DNA from: Octopus bimaculoides
Taxonomy: Eukaryota
Direction: 5' to 3'
Assembly: GCF_001194135.2 (NCBI RefSeq)
Contig: NC_068998.1
Location: forward strand, 21,781,395 to 21,845,394
Length of the DNA stretch: 64,000 nucleotides
The notes under the pieces were generated by a model that searched no databases, was not told the DNA's origin, and worked only from the letters and a program-made list of their open reading frames with translations. A program made the translations under genes and the position numbers. This document shows positions 53,317-64,000 of this stretch, one piece after another (position 1 is the stretch's first letter; each line of letters begins with the position of its first letter).

Positions 53317-54531
53317 TCACGTTCACGGTTGTTTTATAGTTGCAAATTTATAGCAGCTATTCAAGGAAGACTAATAATTACGAAATGAATATTGGAATAT
53401 TTGGCAAACATTATATCTGAAATATATTTAGAAATCTTTCAAGCATGATATTCGAAAAGAAAAAAAGAAAAATAATAAAAATCGTGAAATTTTAATATAT
53501 AAGATCATGATGGCAAACACATGGTGAAAACAAGATTGATAGCTTAGATCAACTTCGATAGAACGTGAATGTGTAAATACACCCTCAATCTTATCTCGAA
53601 ATTCTATGCCTAAAACTATGCCAAATATAGATATAACAAACAGGGTTAACATTTCCATCAATACATTGTGATTAATGGAAGAAAAGTATCAAATCCAGTA
53701 AAACATTAAGATGATTATATGCTATATTTGGTTTCTTGAAATGATAAGTAACACTTCTATAGCATACACGTAACAGTAAATATTTAAGCGAGGAGCCGGC
53801 AATACTCCAAAAAATAGAAAAAAATTGCGACTAACTTAGTGTAGTTAACAATTTGCTTTAAAATATTTTACAATGTAGCTTAACCTTTTGACATGTGAAT
53901 TGCGTGGCGCTTCAGCTGAATATCAATAGGGTCGTACACAACACTAGTTTTCTATAACCTCCAATTACAGGGGTTGTAGAAGTAAATTACTGAAAACATA
54001 ACATACAATTCTTAAAATAGCTATTATAGAAGTGTACAATCGATATTTCAGCATCAAGATTGTTATCAAGAGACAAGCTAATGAATCTGATACATTTAAA
54101 ATCATGCCAAATTTGATGGTAGACTAATATTTTAAACGTGATAGTACATTACTTAATATGTTGACATTAGAACTGTAAATCAATATGAGTCTGTTAAGCA
54201 ATTTTGTTAACAAATACGATGAATTATTAAACAACATGCTCACAACATCCTTTTCGTCTTTCCCTTCTATTTTTATTTGCTGTATCTTCACAGTCCGTAA
54301 GTGGTACCAGCCTCTTTTAATCACAATTATTTTTTATAAGTGAGAGCAAAAGAATTGCTACTGAATTTTGTTTTACATATTCACATTGCTAAATGAATTT
54401 AAAGCTAGTTGTACAATATAAAACTAAGAATAGTATTATATCGCGTTGCATGAAATTTTGAGGGTGCAGATGCGATCGTGATATATAAAATAATTTAAGA
54501 TTTTTGTTGGAGCTAATTACTATATATACAA

Positions 54532-54700
54532 TTGGTATTCCGTCGGTTACGACGACAAATGTTTCAATTCACCCGATCAACAAAACAGCACATACTCTTA
54601 ACAAAGCTTTCCGTAAGAGTCAATGTGACACAGAATTTGACAGGACTGGCCTTTTGCAATACAGGTACCACTCATTTTTGCCAGTGGAGTGGACAAAGCT
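54532..54700 (-). mobile_element. Family C-like SINE 3' fragment with internal deletion
   Basis: ttggtattccgtcggttacgacg...ccgatcaac...gtgacacagaatttgacaggactggcc...ctcatttttgccagtggagtgga. Confidence 0.6.
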
Positions 54701-55109
54701 CAAGCTTTGTTCCTTAGACTGGCATCTGTATTGTGTTCCTTCATTTGGCGTTGCTCCTGTTTAAATAACTGTGAAAACCGAGTTCCTGCGATTGCCCGGC
54801 GTCCACCCAGAGAGAATGTATTCACCAAAAAATCGGGCAGACGGGCCTTATGAATCTATGGCCCGGGAAGTAGTTTGGTTTTCCTTCTTGAAGATTGTTT
54901 AGATTTTATTCCCATTAAATTTCGTATTTTCAAACAACCATGACTTCATGATTTTCAAGATACTGATATTAGATATGCAAGATTAATATTGAGGTCTCAT
55001 ATTGCGTTAATAGACATATTGCTGCTAGGTTACTAGAAAGTGGGCTGATTTACAAACAAAACATTAAAATTATATATACTTGAATATGGCTAATTCATGC
55101 GTGCATATG

Positions 55110-55374
55110 TATCTAAGTATGTTTATCCCCATTTTCCGTATCTTCACCAGTACCGGATAGCAACTGACCTTCCCTAAAAAAGATGGATAGACGCTCAGAA
55201 GAATGTAGACTGCTTAAATTATCTCGGTCACAACCCAGTCTAACCTCTACATGCCCTTCTAGCACTCGACCTGTAAGGTCACGGAAGATTACATCTTCCC
55301 CATTGATCAAATGGTGTCTGTTTTATTGACCCCAAAACGATGAAAAACAGAGTTTTAAATAGGAACGTAAAGAC
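55110..55374 (-). mobile_element. Nin-like SINE with a distinct ~210-bp 3' tail, head truncated
   Basis: Minus strand reads gtctttacgttc...tttcatcgttttggggtcaataaaa, then a tail not seen in the other family N copies. Confidence 0.5.
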
Positions 55375-55380
55375 AGGCAG

Positions 55381-55540
55381 CATTTCGTCCGTCTTTATGT
55401 TGTAAGTTCAAATCCGCAGAGGGCAACTTTGGTTTTCATCATTTCGGGGTCGAAAAATAAGTACCTGTTGAGCACTGAGCTCGATTTAATCGATTTAGCC
55501 ACTTCCCTGAAATTGCCGGCAATGTGGCAGAATCTGAAAC
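55381..55540 (+). mobile_element. Family N SINE, head truncated
   Basis: catttcgtccgtctttatgttgtaagttcaaatcc...tttcatcatttcggggtcgaaaaataagtacc...aatctgaaacc. Confidence 0.7.
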
Positions 55541-55819
55541 CAGTGATAATTTGAAATTAAACCTGTTTTTACCTGACACTAATATTTTTATTGATTTTTT
55601 TGTATCATCGGACTCCTGATCAGGTGTTCGTTAAATTCGTATGCCGAAACTGGTCCCAGAAACTTTCATAATATGTTTTTGTATAATTTTATAATTATAC
55701 CTAATTGTTTATTTAGATAAGTATCTGTAATGATTTTCTTTCATTTTCAAATAGAATAAAATAATATCACTACATATGCTGGAATGAAAAAATACTCATC
55801 CCAATATTTGATAAATTTA

Positions 55820-56031
55820 AAGCGGTGAGCTGGCGGAATAGTTAGCACGCAGCAAATAATGCTTCGTGGAATTTTGTCAGTCCTTAATTTCTGATTTCAA
55901 AATTCAGCAGAGATCCACTTTGCCTTTCACCATTTCGAGCCTGATAAAATAAGTATGAGTTGAACATTGGGGTCGAAGTAATAGTCTAGCACCCAGACTT
56001 GTAATTTCTAACCTTGTGCCAACATTTGAAA
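55820..56031 (+). mobile_element. Family N SINE, full length, with 19-bp TSD (1 mismatch)
   Basis: TSD ccaatatttgataaattta (55801-55819) / ccaatatttggtaaattta (56032-56050). Confidence 0.8.
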
Positions 56032-58632
56032 CCAATATTTGGTAAATTTATAAAATCTCCACTAAAATTTAGGTTATTTTTTTAAAGGATGAAAATGCTT
56101 TAAATCTGTTGGATAGAATACATAGTAATGTCTGTGGGGTTTAGTTTCAAATCAAGCTATGGTCAAAACTACCTTTCATAGGTAGTTCCAGTTTTGTACT
56201 TGGGTAAGTTGATCTCTTTCGTCGGTCTTTTTTGTGCTTGTCAGTCCTTTGTCCGTTTGTATTATACTGATTCCCAATAACTGCATAATGCACGTAGAAG
56301 ACGAAGCAATTGACTTGCACATTTTATGAACTCACATGGTTAAACATCTGAACGCTTATCGAAAGGCTTACAACGTAAATTTGAAGATTTCTAATGTAGA
56401 GATAACCGGGCTACTAGAATTATATTTTATCCCACAAAACAGTGCTATTTAAGAAATTTCCAGCCAACTGAAATTTAGTGGAGCTGGTTGCAATGTCTTA
56501 TATTTGACAGTGATGTTTAGATCTTCATATTTAATCCATGTCACTGACTTCAGGGCCGACGCATTCAATATATGCTGACTTCGGTTCATTTGCCTGAGTA
56601 TTGTTTTATTATTACTTTTGTTTGCTTACGTAGTTTCATTGACTTGCATGAATATATGCTTGCGAGGGATGAAACTGACATCTCGTAAACACAATACAGA
56701 GAAACAAACATCCGTTGTTCTATAACAAAATATGTAAAAGTCTTACTTCCTTTAAGGCTTTCATTCATCTTTATTTGTTTTTGAGAATGCGAGTTAAAAA
56801 TGCAGGTTTTAATGCCTCAAGTCATACTAAATGACATTATGAGAACTGGATTACGAAGGCATTTGTACATCGTATGTTGTCAGATCTGCATTTTATTCAA
56901 AGTACTTAAATATTATGAAGACCATATAAAATCTTAGAATAAGTCCCACATCGTGAACGAACTGCAAAAAAAAAAAAAAAACTGGAAGAATCGACAAAGC
57001 TACTGTTCTTACGATGTAAATGTTTATTCTTTTTCCAATATAATGACAGTCATTTTCTTTATTTCATTTTATAATTAACATTTATAAATTGTAATTCAGC
57101 ATTTTTTCTCTGCGAGAAAATTAATTATTAGTGAAGAAATGAAATTATTTCCAGAATATAGCCTCATTCTAAATAAAACGAACGATATTGATTAAGTTAA
57201 ATTCTAACTCTGCGTACTATGATAATTTGCGTGAATGTCTGTTAGGCAAGCTGTCTGAGCTAAAAAAAAAAAAGTTGATAACGCACATAAAATATACTTT
57301 CCGTACTTAGGAGAAACAAATGTTTCTAAACGAAGCATGACAGTTGCCGAAACGATAAACGTGCATCGTGTGATTTATTTATGTGAGTAATATTCTGAAA
57401 AGAAAGCCATCATACATGTAACATACTATTGTGCATTTTGCATGTGTAGATGTTACAATATATAGCAAATAGACTGAGGGTGATCTATTCATACATTATG
57501 CAGTACATTATAAATATATTTGCTTCAACTAGAATAAATATTTCCGTGTTTTTCATGCATTTTGGAATACTATACGTTGTATACGTTTCTTCAAGACTTG
57601 GTAATTGCACTACCATTAGAAAACCAGCAAAATATCGAAGTGAAACACATGTCCTTCATAGCAACAATCATGCATAAAATAGTAGTAAATAACTTTACAA
57701 ATCCAAGTTTTGAATTAGAGTGCCTTATGTCCGTTTCCAGGGCATTATGATATCCTCTGTTATAAATTTTATGGGAGGACAAACAAGTGCACATAGTATT
57801 CTGAACAATATGACTTCTTTGATGTAAACAAACACATATGTATAACTTTTGCATTTGAAATATTGTTTATTTCATTATATATATCAGTAAAATGCTATAT
57901 TCCAGATCGTATTCCTCTAAAGTATGCCTATTCATTACATATGCACACGGGTATACAAGTAAAATTCCTCAAACAATTTGCAGAATATATACACATTAAA
58001 ACACATAACTCATTCAAGTGGCTGAACACGGCCTGTCGATATCAGTCTCATACATGTACACGCTTGTAAACAAAATGCAAAATATGAGAGTAATATAATC
58101 TCTTAACGCCTATACAGATCAGTTCAGAAAGAAATCAATTCTTTGTAAAAGTAGCATCTCAATATTCTTCACCAACCAAACAAATATAAAAAAAAAATCA
58201 TAATCAAATATTGATCTGAGAAAATGGTTTTAATTAAAAACGATCATATCTTTAAAGACATAACAATGCTATTGCTTCAATTTTCTAAAACAATTGATCA
58301 AATTTAAATTTACACGAAAGCGTTTGTTGCCTGAAACAAAGATATCTTAGGAGACATAATTTGATATATGCTTAAAAAGAAATATATCAAACGTCCAATT
58401 TTAAAGAAATGTAAATCCCACTTGAAGATAATACATCCGTACTACTACGACGGACTACAAACGTAGTCTTTAAAATAACAAAAACAAAAATAAAAATAGC
58501 TGCTGTCTTTCTAATAGAATTAATATCACTAACAGTGTATCGTACGCGAAGCGTTATATTTAAACTAATTTTCGAAGTTAGTATAAATATGATTAAAATT
58601 ATCAAGTCTCAAACATATGTTATGGCGTAGAC

Positions 58633-61600
58633 TAGTGTTTCTCAACTTCATTCTGGCTGTGGCCCCCTTTAATTCAACGCGAAATCGTTATGGTCCCCAT
58701 GCTAATTTACGTTTTTATTCCCACTCTGTCCCTCAACTTAATGCTTCTAGAGAAATAGAAAGAGACATTAAAACTTGCAGTTTTGCATCAAGACATCTAC
58801 TCCACTTGTAAATAAAGAAAAATAGTTGAATAAATATTTCATCTAAATAAATAAATTTATTTGAATTTACAAAGCAAAAAATATAACAATTTCAGTTTAT
58901 ATTGCTTGATTTCAATGGGATCCCTGTGATAGATGCAGGGTTACTAATTTGTCAATTTTGGTTTCAAAGCCGCCAGTGAGAAGCGTAAATCTCCTCTTCT
59001 TTCTACGTCAAGGCGATTTCGAGTCTTTGACAGTAGACACACCACCCGACTGAAACCTGACACAACTAAATAAGATGTGGGAAAAGCGAGTAAAAGCAAC
59101 TTAGCGTTTTTCCAGAGTAATGGATACTTTTTAGAGATCTCTTCATTCATCCAAAGCTTATGGAATCTTCCATACTTAAAACTTGCTTGAGCTGCTCTGT
59201 TATTTTAAAGTTCAATGAAGAGTTCTTGGATGTCAATATCGTCTTCAGATGGATCTACTACGAAGGGAACCACAAACCACTGCGGTACCGGCACATGGAG
59301 TAGAGCAGGGAAGTGAATATCCATATCATGTAACTGCTTCAAATGATCAACATCAACTGTTAAGTCCTCATCAAGCATCTCGGTGAATATGCTTGCTAAG
59401 TAAGGAAACTGTGCAAATTCCCATCTTCCAAGATTCAACCAGAATAATTTTATTTTCCCGTTGAAAATTTTAATTTTCTTTTTGCAAGAAAACAGAGTGG
59501 AGTTATTTCCTTGACGTTAAGGACATTTAGCTTTTCAAGTGTGTCAGACAAGTAAAATATATAGCTCTTTGCATCAATAATTTTCTCTCCAAGTTCTGTT
59601 TCACTCAAAAAAATTATAACAGTGCCCCAAAGTACAACAAAGCGATGCAGGCAATTACCATTGGATAGCCATCTGACTTCAGTATGCATCACAAGTCGTT
59701 CAAATTCCTCGTCGTTATGTTCACATAAAGAGGTGATCTTGCAGTGCATACTTTTTTTATCACGTTGACAGCTTTGATAGCATTTATAAGTACATCATTC
59801 AAACGTCTTGCTATCTTTCTTGCAACTATATGTTGTCCAGGAACACAGTGCACACGAAGCGCATTAAGAACATCTATTTTAAGTAAGCACTGAATCCCCG
59901 ATATCTTCCGATCATAGCAGTAGCGATATCAGTTGCACAAACCACAATGTTCTTCAATGGAATGTTGTTCTCCTCAATGTAGGCCTCAAGGGTTTTGAAG
60001 ATGGATTCCTCTTTTGTGTCGGTCGTCAATTTCAAAGCAAAAAACAATTCTTGACATATATGATTAACATTAACAAACCTAACAAATGCCATTAAAAAAA
60101 GCAGAATTATCAGGTAGAGTTGATTCATCTATTTGAAGTGAGAACTCATTTACCCAAAGTTTTCAAACTAACTGGCTTTCAGCACAGCTGCCATTTCATC
60201 AATCCGGTGTGATACTGATGAGTTGCTCAGAGGAATAACTCTAGTAACCTCTTGTGGATTGTGATCCATGACTGTCGACAGCATTACAGCCACGGCTGGC
60301 ATGATCAAAGATTCCCCAGTGGTGTGAGGCTTACCAGCTTTTTCAATTAAATTTGCTATCTTGTAAAAAGTCAACATTCTTTTGTCTACTTTTGCTGCTT
60401 TTTGAGTGAACATTTGATCCACTGTCAGGTTTCATGAAATCTAGAGGCTTCTATTTCTTATCTCTATATGCAATCTCCAGCTTGCAGGGACGCATACTTT
60501 CATTTGAGAATGAACTCTTGCATAGGAGACACATAGGCATGGTAGAATTTTGTGGAAATTTAATGAATCCATTAGCAAGATATTCAATAGAATATTGTCT
60601 ATAATGTTTTTTAACTGCATTTGCCATGTTTATCTGAAATAATAAAGAAATATTTTCAAAAATGTTGAATAAACAAGAGGCTAGTTTCAAGCGTTTTCGT
60701 CAAGGGGGAATACTGAGTAAGCTAAACTGATATACTTTTTTAGCCAAGAATAAAATAAGATATAAAACCAAGATTATAAAATTAATACATTACGCAGTTA
60801 ACTAAAGCAAAGGATTTAATAGTCAGGAAAAACAGATTAATATCCATGCTTATAAAAAGATAAAAATAAGACAAAAATTCATCATTCTTTTTTCAGTTGA
60901 CACTCCAGAAAGAAAATTAATTTGATGAATAGAAACCAAATTGTAAAAGTGATAGCTAACGCAAGTGTTGATCTATTGTTGAATCACACTCGAATTGCCA
61001 ACATGAGTTATCAAAGTATATTGAAAATGTATCTTCTTGTTTAAAGAAAAATGATTTCATAATATATTTTGTTATATTCTATTAAACATAATTCAATATT
61101 AAATTTTACACTCATTAAATATATGATACTATTCAGTGACTAACTTTTGAATTATTAAAATTATTGATAATTTAATAGTTGTATAAAAGTGCATATAAGA
61201 ATGATTTTTTATCTAGTTTTCTAATGAACTTTTTCGTTTTTTCGGGGCACACTCGGTCTCTCACCTCTCTCTTGATTCCCCTTCTTTGTTTGAATACTTC
61301 TCAAAGCCTAATTATAGGTTTATTGAAAATAAATCCAATGTGAAGAAACAGTTTTCCTGACCGCTTGGGTCCAGTTTGAATAATTGATCAATAATTTAAC
61401 TTGGTGGATCGGCCTTTCCCCAATCGCCTCTGACGCTACGGACCTAGGTGGAGTATTTATGTTAATTAAAGTAGCTTATAAACACGTAGGTGAAATGAAA
61501 TAAAAAGTAGATACTTGCACACGAATGACAGAAAAATATAAAATATAATTAAATACGCAGGTACGGAATCAAGAACAGAAGATGAGATAAGCAGAGAGAG

Positions 61601-62243
61601 AGAGAGAAAGAGAGAGAGATAGAGAGAGGGGAGAGAGAGAGGGGGAGAGAGAGGGGAGAGAGAGAGAGATAAAGAAGAGGTGGTATAATTTGACAAAGCA
61701 AAATAAAAAAGGAACCTTAAAGAGATTTGTGCTGGTGTTAGTTAGTTGGGATGGACGTTGTTGATTGGATGGGTTTTGCATGTTTGTCAATCATAATACT
61801 GATGTTTTGATTACTAACTGTGACTTTGCCTTTTGCGCTGTCTAGTATGCGTGCATGTTTTACAGCTTTACGATTTTTGAGCCATTTGGTATGATGCAAT
61901 GATATGTAGTCGCTCATCTTACGAACCAGACATGTAACTCTCAAAATCTAATGTTCTAACACGTGTTCTCTAGGTACATATATGAGTGTAATTGAAAATT
62001 AGTACATGAGGATGACCCATCATAATTATAAACGCGTATACACATGTTTCTTATATGTATATGTGTAATGTGCATTTTACGAATAAAAATGCATACCTAC
62101 ATGATAATATTTTATGATTCCCAAATTTCCTGTGGTCCTCGTAATCCCCTGTGGCTCCCTATTTTTCAACCTTAGCTTTGTGATCCCCAAGAAATGTTTA
62201 ATGGCCCCTTAAGGGGTCATATCGCTCCCGTTCAGAAATTCTG
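58633..62243 (-). mobile_element. Complete hAT transposon, Buster/Charlie subfamily (3611 bp), decayed
   Basis: Imperfect 14-bp TIRs (tagtgtttctcaac / cagaatttctgaac), a perfect 8-bp TSD GCGTAGAC at 58625-58632 and 62244-62251, and subterminal (g/a)tggcccc-like repeats at both ends. Confidence 0.9.
58944..60627 (-). pseudogene. Buster-type hAT transposase pseudogene (BED zinc finger, DDE, dimerisation domain)
   Basis: Fragments RQYSIEYLANGF...PMCLLCKSSFSNESMRP (BED), KAGKPHTTGESLIMPA, HCVPGQHIVA-type region, HTEVRWLSNG and LLLLAFPTSYLVVSGFS...RNRLD...RGDLR; multiple stops and frameshifts. Confidence 0.88.
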
Positions 62244-63569
62244 GCGTAGACAATAAAAGCTCAAGACATAGATATCAACGAATTATTTGAAATTCATGGC
62301 AACCTTCTACAATTCACATCTTCCTGATATTCAAGTTTGATAAAAACACAGAGCCCTACATCAGATGAATTAGCTTAAAACATAGCTTACTATAATTGTG
62401 GCATCGAAACAAACGATACATAGATATATGCTCTCGACTGGACAAGAAAGCTGTTGTTCATAGAAATATAAAATAGATTCGCACTTGTTAATTGTGATAT
62501 ATATGCATAAGTATGTATGTATTTATCTGTGCATGTATATATATATGCATGTATGTATGTATATATGTATGTATGTATGTGTGTATGTATGTATGTATGA
62601 ATGTTTGTTCTACACCAGTTGGTGTTAATGTAGTTTTTGTGATCAAGGAGGACGGGTATCTTTGTTTTGTTGATTGTGTTTCATTCTTCTCGTTCCAGTT
62701 TCTCATCAATCTTCTTCACGCATTTTCGTGCTTTTTTCGTATGTTCTCACTGTCCAGTGTTCTTGTTTTTAAAATATTATATCGCATAAACACAGACTGA
62801 AAGGTTGCTTGGGGATATGTGACATATTTTATAAAGCAATAATTACTACGCAAGTGAGTACTATTGTACAAAGAAATAAATGGATGTGAAATATAAAAAA
62901 AATATTAGAATTGGGAATCAAATGTGAAAACATTACCATGGTCGCTTGCAGAGAACTTCCCGGAGGGCTGCCTTTTTTCAAGTATATATAATTGCCTGTT
63001 AGCACCGGAATAGACTCTTAGTTTAAAGAATTTTAGCCATTCCCTAATTGACTGACCCCATTAGCTATAGTTTTAATTTTGTAGATGTTAATACTCGGCA
63101 GTTTAAATATTTTTCATTTAATAGCCTAACGAACAATAACGGCTAATTTATCTTCTTTTAAAACATTTCTTAGTGATTTTTTTCCTAATTTTTCTTCTCG
63201 CAATTATATCTCAATTACTTTTCTCAAATTTCATTAGAGAGCCTGAGCAGTTGTTAGACCGTGTAGCAGTCTATATTTTCATTACTAACCCAACTGATAT
63301 ACACTTTTCCTCTTAACGACGGAACCTGGCATAACGGTAATGTTTATGCTACTTGTTGCATATCCATGAATGTTTGCAAATTCCATCTGGTAATTATGAA
63401 CATTACAGCTATTACGTAATTTCGAGCTCTCAGAAAGAGGTCTCGAGGTAAGAAAACTATAAATTCTCCTCTTAGTTTCTGGGAGAAAACTAATTTGGCA
63501 ATATCTATGCGCTTGAACATACGTGTTTATCTTCTGAATATTTTCACTTTGTTCTCCTGTCTCTCTATA

Positions 63570-63775
63570 TATCCCTATACATACATAGATACATATATAC
63601 ATGCATGCATATATACATACATACATACATACATACATACAAGTGTGTGTGACGGATAGAGCGATATAGTGATGTATCAATGTATGTACATTTATATATA
63701 TAAAACCTAATCGTATTTAGCTGCATCACTATATCTCTCTCTCCCTCACCCCTTCTGTGTCTGTCCCTTTCTTTT

Positions 63776-63823
<48 letters not shown>

Positions 63824-63883
63824 TATCTATCTCTCTTTAGATATATATTTATACACATATACATATCTATCTATCTATCTATG

Positions 63884-63937
<54 letters not shown>

Positions 63938-63946
63938 CCTACCTAC

Positions 63947-64000
<54 letters not shown>
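63570..64000. repeat. (CATA)n, (TTTC)n and (TATC)n microsatellite cluster
   Basis: Direct reading. Confidence 0.95.

Noticed and set aside
63285-63680. 131-aa ORF with a plausible-looking C-terminal half
   Set aside because: It begins in a microsatellite, has no good splice acceptor, and no recognisable domain.

Overview
AT-rich, repeat-dominated eukaryotic DNA in which I recognise no host protein-coding gene, so it is intergenic or deep intronic. The SINE families and the extreme microsatellite density point to a cephalopod, most likely Octopus (inference from recalled repeat families, not proven). Seven N-gaps each abut an AT-rich or (CA)n/(TG)n simple repeat. Most ORFs in the supplied track are microsatellite artefacts; the recognisable coding remnants are all transposon-derived. 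DNA transposons: a complete but decayed Buster-type hAT (58633-62243, perfect 8-bp TSD GCGTAGAC), a full-length decayed mariner (37122-38393), further mariner, maT-like and Tc1 remnants, a Helitron 5' fragment, a 99-bp hairpin MITE and a ~600-bp foldback element. Retroelements: an R4/Dong-like RLE LINE, an RTE LINE, Penelope-like (PLE) remnants, a solo LTR with a 5-bp TSD and many tRNA-derived SINEs of several families. The most interesting signal is a set of minimal type I hammerhead-ribozyme motifs on the minus strand. One lies inside a tRNA-headed, Pol III-type SINE-like element with a fold-back 5' end (41931-42239), and a second, near-canonical one lies at 33599-33647.
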